Translations under genes and position numbers: made by a program
Notes under the pieces: model-generated
Database searches by the model: none
Told to the model about the DNA's origin: nothing
Seen by the model: only the letters and a program-made list of their open reading frames with translations
Assembly (NCBI RefSeq): GCF_902713615.1
Contig: NC_052158.1
Span: 43,239,159 to 43,303,158, forward strand
Source of the DNA: Scyliorhinus canicula
Lineage: Eukaryota
Direction: 5' to 3'
DNA length: 64,000 nt
Part shown: one piece after another, positions 47,288-58,754 of the stretch
Numbering within the stretch: position 1 is the first letter of the stretch
How the letters are laid out: each line of letters begins with the position of its first letter

Positions 47288-47431
47288 ACTGGCTTGGGAC
47301 AATTCACACCTCTTTAACCTGGAGTTACCTCTCTCTCTGCATCTTTGATGATTTGATTGCCTGCAGGTGCTCGCATTCCGGGCATCTCTGACTGTGTCTA
47401 TATAAACATTTCTGGAACAAGCCTTTCCATT

Positions 47432-47466
47432 CACCTGAAGAAGGAGCCGTGCTCCGAAAGCTCGTG
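47432..47466 (+). ncRNA. Minimal type I hammerhead ribozyme (inverted arm)
   Basis: CAC-CTGAAGA-A-GGAGC-cgt-GCTCC-GAAA-GC-TC-GTG; palindromic AGCU stem III; CUC triplet, predicted cut after 47463. Confidence 0.85.
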
Positions 47467-49164
47467 TTTGAAACAAACCTGTTGGACTTTAACCTGGTGT
47501 TGTAAGACTTCTTACTATCTACATACTGCATCAGGAAACCCTCCTGCACACATTGGACAAAGACGGACCCATCTAAAGTACTCAAACTATAGTGTTTCCA
47601 GTCAATATTTGGAAAGTTAAAGTCCCCCATAACCCTGTTATTTTCGCTCCCATCCAGAATCATCTTTCAAATCCTTTCCTCTACATCTCTGGAACTTTTC
47701 GGAGGCCTATAGAAAAGCCCTAATAGGGTGACCTCTCTTTTCCTGTTTCTTAACTCAGCCCATACTACCTCAGTATTCGAGTCCTCATCAAATGTCCTCT
47801 CAGCCGCCGTAATACTGTCCTTGACTAACAATGCCACCCCTCCCCCTCTCTTACCACCTTCCCTGAGCTTACTGAAATATCTAAACCCCGGCACCTGCAA
47901 CAACCATTCCTCGCCCTGCTCTATCCATGTCTCCAAAATGGCCACAACATCGAAGTCCCAGGTACTAACCCATGCCGCAAGCTCACCCACCTTATTCCTG
48001 ATGCTCCTGGCATTGAAGTAGACGCACTTTAAACCACCTTCTTTCTTGCCGGTACATTCCTGCAACAGCCTGATACAACGTTTGTGCAAAATGCAAAAAG
48101 ATAGTCCACAGGAAGAAAAATGGACCTGGATGGAAGCAGGTGTTAATTTCTGTAATGATGATATTTGGAGACAAACTGAGACTAATAAAGTAGTAACACC
48201 ACAGTCACTAATGCCTTATTTAGCTCAGCAAATCCATTCATGGGGGCACCAAGCTCCTCAACAGATGATGGCTCGATTCCAAAGAAGTTGGTGGGATTGA
48301 GGATTTAAGAAACATGCTCAGATAGTAGCAGACCATTGTGTCACTTGTCAAAAAAACAATTCAGGACCTATAACATCCATGCCTCAGTTAAAAAACCCTG
48401 TCCCATCGGGACCATTTCAACACATACAACTTGATTACATCACTCTTCCATCATGTCAAGGATACTCTGAAGTTCTAGTAATAGTAGACAAATTTTCCAG
48501 ATGCGTAGAAGCCATTCTAGCCAAGAAAGCTACAGCTGGCCACACAGCTGAAGTCTTATGTAAACTATATCCCTCGCTGGGCAGTACCAGTCAGCATAGA
48601 CTCAGATAAAGAAACTAATTTCACCGAAGCTGTTTGTAAAGAGGTTTGTAGATTAAACATCCAGTGGGAGCTACATTGTCCTTACCACCCACAATCATCA
48701 GGACAATTGGAACGCATGAATCGAACCCTGAAGGAACGATTATCGAAGTATCACCAAGAGGGAAGACCAGGGCCCCAAACTTTGCCATTGGTCCTGTGGA
48801 GTATCAGAGCAACACCAAACATGACAACAGGCCTGTGTCCATTTGAAGTAATTACTGGCAGACCCATGTCCTTACCAGGAACTATTGACCTGCGAAAATG
48901 CGGATTGTCATTTAATGAATGATGCACTACTCAAATACTGCCAAGATCTAACAAATGCCGTTAGTTCTGCTTCCTTACAGGTCGTCCCAAAGGCGGGCAT
49001 GACATTTTGCCAGGAATTGAAGTGTACATAAAGAAACTGCAGAAAGAACCATTGGGGTGCAAGTGGGAAGGACCCTACCAGGTGTTACTCAAAACTCCAG
49101 CAGCCGTAAAGCTGCAGGGAAAGAAGTCCTGGATCCAGGCATCACACATTAAAAGAGCTCATTA

Positions 49165-50946
49165 TGATTAAAACATTTTTAAAATGTTTTCTGCCATCTT
49201 TACTTTTGGATGTCTTCTAATCTGATGAATTATGGCCAATTCATCCAGGCTCACAAGGAGTTAAATTACAATACTTTTCTTCATATGTCTAGGGTATATG
49301 CTGAAAATTTAAAAATCTCCAAATGTTGGCTATATATTGCAATTTCTACCCACTCAGGAGAAGGTATCCCTTTCTTATCTATTCCTTTTAACACTTCAGA
49401 AACAGTAGAGTGGTATATTTTTCAGAGCGCCACCCGTCTTCACAGATCCGTGAAGGAGCAAATACATATTGGGAAACTATGGCCGGGATTCTCCCCTACC
49501 CGGCGGGGCGGGGGTCCTGGCGGGATGGAGTGGCGTGAACCACTCCGGGTCGGACCGCCCCAAAGGTGCAGAGGTCTCCGCACCTTTAGGGGCCAAGTCC
49601 TCACCTTGAGGGGCCAAGTCCCCGCCGGAGTGGTTGGTGGTACAGTTGGGGCCGAAAGGACTTCGCCGGCCAGTGTAAGTCCGCGCATTCACCGGAGCGT
49701 CAGCAGCTGCTGACGTCATCCCCGTGCATGTGTTGGGGAGGGGGTCACTTCCGCCTCCGCCATGGTGAAGACCATGGCGAAGGCGGAAGGAAAAGAGTGC
49801 TCCCACGGCACAGGCCCGCCCGCCGATCGGTGGGTCCCGATTGCGGGCCAGGCCACCGTGGGGCACCCCCGAGGGCCAGATCGCCCCCCCCCAACCCAGC
49901 GGGGGGTCGGAGAATCCCGCCCCATGTATCAAGTTAATTTAAAGATAATAATCCAATTATGGAAATCTGCAGGTTATTTACTAAATACATTTTTAGGATG
50001 GCATCAATACAACTATGACAGAAACTAAAATCCTCCCCATATCAACCTCCCATCTACTATTAATCAGGAAGGATCAATATGTTTAATAAGTTATCATCCT
50101 AAAGGGATGAAGATGGGATATAACTGTACTCATTATTTTAATGTAAGCAGAACTTACAAATGTACTCCAACGCTGTTAGAGAGAGTTACTGGTTCCTCGT
50201 TATTAACAGGTCTATAGAATCTCACTGGTAATAATACATTTTCAGATCGATGGCACTTAGAGGAAATTTCCCATTATACTTCTTATAATGGGACTTATTT
50301 TATCTGTAACAACAAAGCATATCCTTGGCTTCCAAAACTTTGGTCAGGGTCTTGTCATTTAGGATACGTAATGCCTGCCATCCGTCATCTTCCTTCTTTA
50401 TCAAGTCTACCAGTTCAAAGAAATACGTGTGCCGTCACTGCACAAGATAGATTCCTTGCCCAACTTGTTCCTTTTTATTGGGATGCAAAAGTAGCCAAAG
50501 AATTGAATAAAATAACAACCATCATAGAAAAAGTAGTTAATGATACCTCTACTGCCCTAGTTAAAGTTTCTGCCGAAATGCTAACTATTCGTACTGTAAC
50601 TTTACAAAACAGAATGGCTCTTGATTATATTCTGGCGGAAAAAGATGGAACATGTGCCTTAATTGGACCAGAATGTTGTACTTATATTCCAGATGATTCC
50701 AAAGAAATCACAGATTTGGCAAACCACATTCAAAAAGAAGTGGAAAAATTAAGACAACCCGAGTCTAACACTCTTTGGAGTTGGGCTACGGATTGGTTGG
50801 GATCCTTGGGAGCCTCAGTGGTACAAGGTCTGGCGATATTTTGTGTACTCATTTTTGCTGTGTATCTTGTATTTTTGACAACCAAATGTATCTGTAAGAA
50901 ATTGACAAGAAACCCTGAAGTAGTAATACCTTTGCAGCGCATGTGA
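49165..50946 (+). pseudogene. env: ERV env (gamma-type), SU disabled, TM frame 50371-50946 still open
   Basis: SU CWLY (degenerate CXXC); immunosuppressive domain LQNRMALDYILAE; CX6CC (CALIGPECC); membrane anchor LAIFCVLIFAVYLVFL; MITE and stops in SU. Confidence 0.9.
49481..49922. mobile_element. Harbinger-type MITE inserted in env
   Basis: TIRs GGCCGGGATTCTCC / GGAGAATCCCGCCC. Confidence 0.85.
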
Positions 50947-51120
50947 GGCTCTTTTTATTGATTCTTTATTCCTGAGATTATTTACTAAGCCTACTAATGT
51001 AAAGGCTTGTAACTCTTTTAAATGCTTGTAACCCATTCCAATGTTGAAAGACATTTGTTAATGTGTTGTTCTTAGCTTATATTCCTTTTACTATTACACT
51101 ATTATATTAATTAATTTATT

Positions 51121-54100
51121 TATTTTAATAAACAATTTTATTGAGGTAGTTTTTGGCTTTATAAACAGTTACAGACATCATCAGAAAGAAAGCAAAAAAG
51201 GCTAAAATGTGCAAACATCCACGTACTTTCAATACTTCCATCGTAACATATTGCACAAGCCCGCTCCTCTCCCACCGGTACTACCCGCCATATTTTCCCT
51301 CCTACTCTACTCTACCCCCCCCCCCCCCCCCCCTCACCCCCCCCCCCCCCCCCTCACCCCCCCCCCCCCCCCCTGCTGACGCTCACTCTCCCGCAAAAAA
51401 GTCAATAAATGGTTGCCACCTCCGGGCGAACCCCTGCACAGATCCCCTCAAGGCGAACTTAATTTTTTCCATACCCAGGAAACTCGACATGTCCGCAAGC
51501 CACCACTCAGTCTTTGGGGGCTTTGAGTCCCTCCACGCCAATAGTATTCGTCGCCGGGCTATCAGGGAAGCAAAGGCCAAAACATCGGCCTCTTTCTCCC
51601 CCTGGACCCCCGGGTCTTCCGAAACCCCAAAAATTGCCACCCCTGGACTCATCACCACCCTTGTTTTTAGCACCTGGGACATGACCCCCGCAAATCCCTC
51701 CCAGTAGCCCCTCAGCTCAGGGCATGCCCAAAACATGTGAACATGGTTCGCTGGTCCTCCCGCGCACCGAGCGCATTTGTCCTCTATCCCGAAGAATTTG
51801 CTCATCCGAGCCACCGACATATGGGCCCGGTGAACGACCTTAAATTGAATCAGCCCGAGCCTAGCACATGTCGCGGTCGAATTTACCCTACTCAGGGCCT
51901 CTGCCCACAGCCCATCCTCCATTTTCCCGCCTAGCTCCTCCTCCCATTTAAGTTTCAGTTCCTCTGTCTGGGACCCTTCCTCCCTCATGAGCACCTTATA
52001 AATACCGAGACTCTACCCTCCCCTTCTTCCCTCCTAGAGACTATTCTGTCTAGGATCCCCATTGGCGGGAGGCGTGGGAAAGATGGGACCTGTCTACGAA
52101 CAAAGTCCCGCAACTGTAGGTATCTAAAATCATTTCCCCTTACCAACCCAAATTTCTCCTCCAAGCTCCTCAAACATCTCAAAGCTCCCTTCCAGGAACA
52201 TATCATCCACCCTTCCCGCCCCCGCCCGCCGCCATACTCGGAACCCCCCATCCATACTCCCGGGGGCAAACCGATGGTTGTCGCAGATTGGCACCCAGAC
52301 AGATGCCCCCATCTCCCCTACATGCCTCCTCCACTGGCCCCATATCCGCAGGGTTGCCACCACTACCGGGCTGGTGGTGTACTTGGCCGGCGGCAGCGGT
52401 AGAGGAGCCGTGACCAGGGCTGCCAAGCTGGAGCCCCTGCACGAAGCCGCCTCCACCCGCTCCCAAATAGACCCCGTACCCACCATCCACTTCCTTATCA
52501 TAGCGATGTTGGCCGCCCAGTAATAATTGATCAGACTCGGCAAAGCCAGCCCTCCCTCGCTGCGGTTCCTCTCCAACATCGCCTTCTTCACCCGCGGGGG
52601 TTTTCCCGCCCAGACAAAGCTCATGATCAGCCCGTTAACTCTTTTGAAGAAGGACTGTGGGATAAAGATCGAGAGGCACTGAAAAATAAACAAAAATCGA
52701 GGGAGGATTGTCATCTTTACAGTCTGCACCCTCCCTGCCAGCGACAGCGGGAGTGCATCCCATCTCCGAAACTCTCCCTTCATTTGCTCCACCACCCTGG
52801 CCAAATTTAACTTATGCAGCCTGCCCCAGTCTCGTGCCACCTGGATTCCCAAATACCGGAAATTTTCCTCAACCAGCCTAAACGGTAGCCCTCTCAATCT
52901 GTTCTCCTGGCCCCTTGCCTGGACCACAAACATTTCACTCTTGACCGTATTTAATTTGTATCCTGAGAACTGGCCGAACTTCCTCAGCATTCCCAGTATA
53001 GTTCCCATCCCGGCCACTGGGTCCGACACGTACAGGAGCAGGTCGTCTGCGTAAAGAGAGACCCTATGTTCTACCCCGCCCCTCACCATCCCCTTCCATC
53101 CCTCTGCGGCTCTCAGCGCAATCGCCAGCGGCTCTATGGCCAGCGCAAACAGCAGCGGGGAGAGCGGGCAGCCCTGTCTGGTCCCTCGGTACAGCCTAAA
53201 GTACTCCGACACTTCTCTGTTAGTCCTGACGCTGGCCTTCAGGGCCTGATATAATAATTTGATCCAATCCACCAATCCATCCCCGAACCCAAACCGTCCG
53301 AGCACCTCCCATAGATAGTCCCACTCCACCCGGTCAAAGGCCTTCTCGGCGTCCATTACCACCACTACCTCCACCTCCCTACCCACTGGGGGCATCATTA
53401 TCACATTAAGTAATCTTCTCAGGTTGGCCGCCAGCTGCCTACCTTTCACGAACCCCGTTTGATCCTCCCCAATCACCTCCGGTACGAAGTCCTCCATTCT
53501 ACCCGCCAGTACCTTTGCCAGGAGCTTGGTGTCTACATTAATCAGGGAGATTGGCCTGTAGGACCCGCACGCCTCCGGGTCTTTACCCCGCTTCAATATC
53601 AGAGATATGGTGGCTTGTGACATTGTCGGCGGCAGGGTCCCTCTGTCCCTTGCCTCATTGAAAACCCTCGCCAAGACCGGGCCCACCAGCTCAGAGAACT
53701 TCCTATAGAACTCTACTGGGTATCCATCCGGCCCCGGGGACTTCCCCGACTGCATGGCCTTTAGGACCCCCAATACCTCCTCTACTCTAATCGGGGCCCC
53801 CAGCTCTTCCACTCGCCCCCCACCTACTGTTGGGAAGGTTAACCCGTCCAGAAACCTTTTCATCCCCTCCAGTTCTTCCGGCGGCTCCGAAGTATACAGC
53901 TTACGATAGAAGGCCTTATTCAATTCTGCCGGGTCCTCCACTTTGCCCCCCCCCCCCCCCCCCCCCCCCATCCCTCACTCTACCTATTTTCCTGGCCGCC
54001 TCCCTCCTCCTGAGTTGCTGCGCTAACAGTCTGCTAGCCTTTTCCCCATGCTCGTACACCACTCCCCTCGCCTTCCTAAGCTGTTCCACGGCCCTACTCG

Positions 54101-57100
54101 TGGATAGTGCCCCCAGTTCCGCCTGTAGTCTCTGCCTCTCCCTGAGTAAAACCTCCCACGGGGACTCCGCGTGCTCTTCATCTATCCGACCCATTTCCCT
54201 GACCAATCTATCCATCTCTGCCCGGTCTACCTTGGCTCTGTGGGCCCCAATTGAAATCAGCTCCCCCCTCGAACTACTGCCTTTAGCGCCTCTCACAGGG
54301 TCGCCGCTGAGACCTCCCCCGTGTCATTCACCTGCAGGTAATTTTGCAAACATCTCCGAAGCCTCTCGCAGATCCCCTCCTCCGACAGCAGTCCCACGTC
54401 TAACCTCCATTGTGGGCGTTGGTGAGGAAATGAATAAATGAATGTGATAAAATTAGAATTATTAGTTAAGATAGGATAGATAGTAGGGCCGGTCCGATGT
54501 TAGTAGGGCCGGTCTGATGGTAGGGGCTGGACCGCAGGACCCTGAGCGTACTGTGTTCACAGACAGAACAAAGAGCAGAGCAGAGCATGGCTCGCGGGGG
54601 ATGGTAACCTCGTGGTGAGCATGGTGAAAAGGATGCTGGGGTTACAATGCAAAGTGACCAATTAGGATATAGGGCCAGGTCAGGAGGTGTATAGAATGAC
54701 CAATGGGAAGCTTATATGTGAATCTTACTGTGATTTTGAATATATCAGCAGAAGTTTCTTTGTATACTTTCTTTTTAGTCCTGGAGCTTGCAGAAGACAG
54801 TGTGTGTTCTGTAGCTCTATGGATTGATGCAGCCTTGCAAGTTAGTTATTAATAAATGATATGATACCTGCAAATCCATCTCAGATTTTATTGAATCTAG
54901 ACTGACAGCAAATTAACCAGGAATCTACATTGGTAGCTCGCTCCCCCGATCTGCAGGTCCACCCAATGCGGGGCATGGTCTGAAATAATGATTGCCGAAT
55001 ATTCCGTGTTCTTTACCTCCCCCATACAGTCCCTGCTTAGTACAAAGAAATCTATCCTAGAATATACTTTATGGACGTGCGAGTAAAACGAGTAGCCCCT
55101 TCCTGTTGGCTGTCTATCTCTCCAGGGGTCCACTGCCCCCATTTGCTCCATAAACCCTTTCAGCTCCCTGCCATTGCTGAGAGTCTACCCGTTCTGGGAC
55201 ACGACCGATCCAAAGTCGGGTCAAGGACCATGTTAAAGTCCCCTCCCATTATTAGCCTGCGAGAATCCAAGTCCAGGATCTTCCCCAGCACTCTTTTAAT
55301 GAAGTCCACGTCAACCCAGTTCGGGGCATATATATTCACCAGCACCACTCTTCTCCCCTCCAGTCTGCCCCGTACCATCAGGTATCTGCCCCCCCTGTCT
55401 GCGGATATGCCCTCTGCCTCAAATTGCACGCGCTTGTTGATCATGATTGCCACCCCTCTAGACTTCGAGTCCAAGTCCGAGTGGAAGACCTGGCTAATCC
55501 AGCCCTTCCTTAGCCTGGGCTGGTCAGACACTTTCAGATGTGTCTCCTGCAACATAATTACGTCCGCCCTCAGAGCCCGCAAGTGCGCGAACACCCGCGC
55601 CCCCTTAACCGGCTCATTCAGTCCCTTGACGTTCCAGGTGATCAGCCTGGTCGGGGGGCACAACCCACCCCCCCCACCCCGCCTGTCAGCCATAGCCTTT
55701 CTCGGGCCGGCCCCCGGCCCGTGCGTCGCGCCATTCCTGGCCCGCCCTTTGGCTGCCTCCACCCTCGACCTCTATCCAGTGCCTATTTCAAGTCCCTCCC
55801 CCGTCAGCAGAACAACCCCCCCCCCTAACCACGTTCCCCGATACCCCCATCCCTGTCATCTACTGGCTGTGACTTCCCCCCCCCCCCACCTGACTCCCTT
55901 GACTAGCCAATCTGCTAGCCCGGTGACTCAACACTCCGGCGCCTTCCTGTCTCATTCCCATTGTTTCCCCGTCCTCCTCCCCACTCCCCGGCGCCCCATC
56001 CCCCTCTCCAACCCATCCGCGAGCTGCACAAAAAGTACAAATCAGCCTAAACAGGAAAAAAACAGAAAAAAGAGGAAAAAGCACCAAAAAAAAACAAAAA
56101 AAAACCCCCATAAGAAAAAAGAGAGACCACAAAAAAAAGGGGTTAACCCCCCAAACCAATGTCCATGAACAAAGGAAAGAGTCCCAAATGTTCCGCTTGG
56201 CCCCTTTGGCCCAGCAAACCGTTGAGCAGCAGTCCAGACCCATTCGGCGTACCTTCCCACGGTAATCCTCGGGCCCTAATTCGCGTCCTTGGGGCCTCCT
56301 TTCGGGACCAGCCCCTGGTCCCTCACAAAGTCCATCACTTCTTCAGGCTCGGAGAAGTAGTGGTGTTGACCCTGGTGCGTGACCCATAAACGAGCCGGGA
56401 ACAGCAGACCAAACTTCACGTGCTTCTTGAACAGCACCTCCTTGACATTCTTAAAGGCTGCTCGCCGCCGAGCCACCTCCTGGCTTAGGTCCTGGTAAAT
56501 GCGGAGAACACTGTTGTTCCACGTTCTGCTCCTGGCGCTCTTTGCCCACCGCAGCACCCGCTCCTTGTCCACAAACCTGTGGAACCTAATTATCATCGGG
56601 CGGGGGGGTCCGCCCGGCCTCCCCTGCACTCTGTGCGCCCCCTCCAGCTCCGGCGGTCGCGGAAATGCTTCGGCCCCCATCAGCTGCTTCAGCAGGTCTG
56701 CTACAAACGCTGCAGCATCAGCTCCCGCAGCCCCCTCCGGGAGGCCGACCATCCTCAGGTTGTTCCTGCGGACTCTATTCTCCAGCTCCTCCACTCTGTC
56801 CAGCAGTCTTCTTTGCCCCTCTTTCAGGCCGTCAACTTCTAGCGCTGCAACCGTCTGCGCATCCGCCTGCTCCTCCACCGCCTCTCCCAGCTCCTTAACT
56901 TTAACATCCTGCGCATCCAGCCTCTGGTTCAGCTGATCCACCACTTTCTGGATTGGGTCCAAGCTGTCCCGCTTCAGCACTTCACAACTGGACTTCATTA
57001 CCTGGAGCATGTTATCCAGCGCCTGCTGGATTGCTGAGTCCGGGGTCCGTGTGTCCGCCATCTTAGGTCCCAGGTAATTTTCTTCAGGTCCTTGTCTCTG

Positions 57101-57541
57101 TCCCTTTTTCTCCTTCTTCTTCTGCCTTCTGGAATCCCGCTGTTCCATGTGCCGCAGCCCGCTCCTCAGCACTTTCGCTGCCGCTTTCCTTCGCCCAGCT
57201 CCTTAAATTTTACCTTCTGGGCCTCTGAAGTGGGTCCAAGTTGTCCTGCTTCAGCAACTCCAAACCTTTTTTTTTCTCCTGGAGGAAGGGAGGTCCGTGG
57301 GTCCGCCATCTTACATTTCAGGTCAGTTCCTCTGCTCCTTGCCTCCGTCTCTCTCTCTCTCTTCCCCTACCTGCTGGCCTCCCACGATTCCATCAGCTGC
57401 AGCCCGCTCTCCAGCCCTTTCGTGGCAGCCTTTTTGCCGCCCCCGAGGTACCGCTATCGCAGGGAATCAGCCCCAAAGCCCCGCCGGAGTGAGAGCCCGC
57501 CAAATGTGCGGCTCACTCAAGCATCGCCGCCACCTGAAGTC
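51121..57541 (-). mobile_element. Full-length L1-clade LINE, disabled, between env and the PPT
   Basis: ORF1 57061-56276; ORF2 about 55693-51383 (TWNVKGL, QETH, YADD) with frameshifts; AT-rich duplication ATTAATTTATT at both ends. Confidence 0.93.
54423..54929 (+). mobile_element. Solo LTR (507 bp) with 4-bp TSD inside L1 ORF2
   Basis: TGAGG...CTACA; TTGG at 54419-54422 and 54930-54933; AATAAA at 54851. Confidence 0.85.
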
Positions 57542-57600
57542 ATATTATTAATTTATTAATTGATTTATCAATTGATTTATTTTATTAAGTTTAAAATAAT

Positions 57601-57614
57601 AAAAGGGGGGAGAA
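57601..57614 (+). promoter_or_regulatory. Polypurine tract
   Basis: A/G-only run directly before the TG of the 3' LTR. Confidence 0.85.
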
Positions 57615-57976
57615 TGTTGGATTCAGCAATTATAGGGGGGGATCCTTTAAAATATTAGCTAAAATGATTTCTGAATTACTGAATTGGTAGAAATAATTTG
57701 ATTAAGTTATAATTATGAATACTATCCATGGCTGTATCAAATGGAACAAATAATGGACTGCAAGTTCTGACTTGATCTGATATGAAGGTACATTCAACAT
57801 GATTGAAACAATACCTGAGACCAAACGTGATATAGGGAGTTTGAATGTGGGGCAGAAGTCATGAGACGCTTCGAGAGACACGGAGAAAACATTTTGCAGT
57901 TAATTTTATGTGAATGTACCAAAATGCTTCCATTCATCCGACCGGACTGACGTATCTATGAACGAGAAATAAGAGA
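57615..57976 (+). repeat. ERV 3' LTR (ends ...AAGAGA rather than ...AAGACA)
   Basis: Homologous to 25353-25745, with about 6-bp and 24-bp deletions and scattered substitutions. Confidence 0.9.
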
Positions 57977-58320
57977 AATGGCAGAGTGCCCAGAGTGAGA
58001 AGTGACCCATGTGGGTCATGTATTCAGCAAATTAGCAAGGGTCTGAACCCAAAGGTAAATATGTGGAGTATGGACCCTTGAGTTTAAAAAGTGCAGCACA
58101 GTTGCATCAGCGTTCCTCTCACAAGGTGGTTGCTAGTTTACCCACTCTCTCCTGTACTGTTTGATAGCGTTAACAATCCTGTAGTCTGTAAATTGTCAGT
58201 ATTTCAGCTTGCTTTCCGTATTTGTACTGATAAGTAGTGAGTGGAAAAATTAGCCAAGAAACAGTTAAAAGAAGTGAACAAAAAGCAAGCGTCTTGGACC
58301 AAAGTCCAGGATGCAGCACG

Positions 58321-58669
58321 GGGCAGCAAGGTAGCATTGTGGATAGCACAATCGTTTCACAGCTCCAGGGTCCCAGGTTCGATTCCGGCTTGGGTCACTG
58401 TCTGTGCGGAGTCTGCACATCCTCCCCGTGTGTGCGTGGGTTTCCTCTGGGTGCTCCGGTTTCCTCCCACAGTCCAAAGATGTGCAGGTTAGGTGGATTG
58501 GTCATGATAAATTCCCCTTAGTGTCCAAAATTGCCCTTAGTGTTGGGTGGGGTTACTGGGTTATGGGGATAGGGTGGAGTTGTTGACCTTGGGTAGGGTG
58601 CTCTTTCCGGGAGCCGGTGCAGACTCGATGGGCCGAATGGCCTCCTTCTGCACTGTAAATTCTATGATT
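58321..58669 (+). mobile_element. tRNA-derived V-type SINE
   Basis: Same subtype as 15063-15418. Confidence 0.9.
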
Positions 58670-58754
58670 AGGGAAAGGATATTCAAACCACTTTGTGGAA
58701 GGTGGCCAGTGACAAAAGGCTCCTCGAGGGATCCTTTGTGTCAAAGTGGGGGGG

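Larger units (their letters stand above)
41910..47514. mobile_element. Young Penelope-like element (Neptune-like, family A): full minus-strand unit plus 5'-truncated inverted plus-strand copy; 14-bp TSD
   Basis: Arms 41942-44414 and 45044-47516 are reverse complements; 155-bp direct pseudo-LTR repeat 41908-42062 / 44891-45045; CTATCTACATACTG at 41896-41909 and 47515-47528. Confidence 0.95.
39562..48065 (-). mobile_element. CR1 LINE (5'-truncated ORF2, disabled), same subfamily as 26050-29493, split by the PLE insertion
   Basis: Reverse-complement APE/RT motifs with stops; (GAACATA)n tail at 39562; resumes after 47528. Confidence 0.95.
37067..49150 (+). pseudogene. pol: ERV pro-pol (protease, RT, RNase H at 37067-39323; integrase at 48066-49150), split by SINE/CR1/PLE insertions
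   Basis: LFNTGA (DTG mutated), LP*GFHNSP, QYVDDILL, LFTDGSS, SAQQAELKAL, HSWGH..CVTC, IQLDY, WEGPYQV. Removing the insertions restores the frame (GVH|SLIQRLC). Confidence 0.92.
25353..57976 (+). mobile_element. Endogenous retrovirus (class I, gamma/epsilon-like), full LTR-gag-pro-pol-env-LTR layout, decayed and heavily nested
   Basis: Two homologous LTRs, PBS, PPT, and collinear gag (CCHC), pro, RT (YVDD), RNase H, IN and env motifs. Confidence 0.93.

Noticed and set aside
49165-50946. Captured syncytin-like env gene
   Set aside because: No intact signal peptide-SU frame; a MITE and stops lie in SU and the CXXC is mutated. Only the TM frame is open (listed as a low-interest finding).
55071-56168. 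365-aa plus-strand ORF and similar antisense ORFs over L1, CR1 and PLE
   Set aside because: Antisense shadows of GC-rich retroelement coding regions with no independent motifs.
57978-57996. TGGCAGAGTG... after the 3' LTR as a PBS of a tandem provirus
   Set aside because: The same sequence precedes the 5' LTR, so it is duplicated target DNA; it does not match a tRNA 3' end I can recognise.
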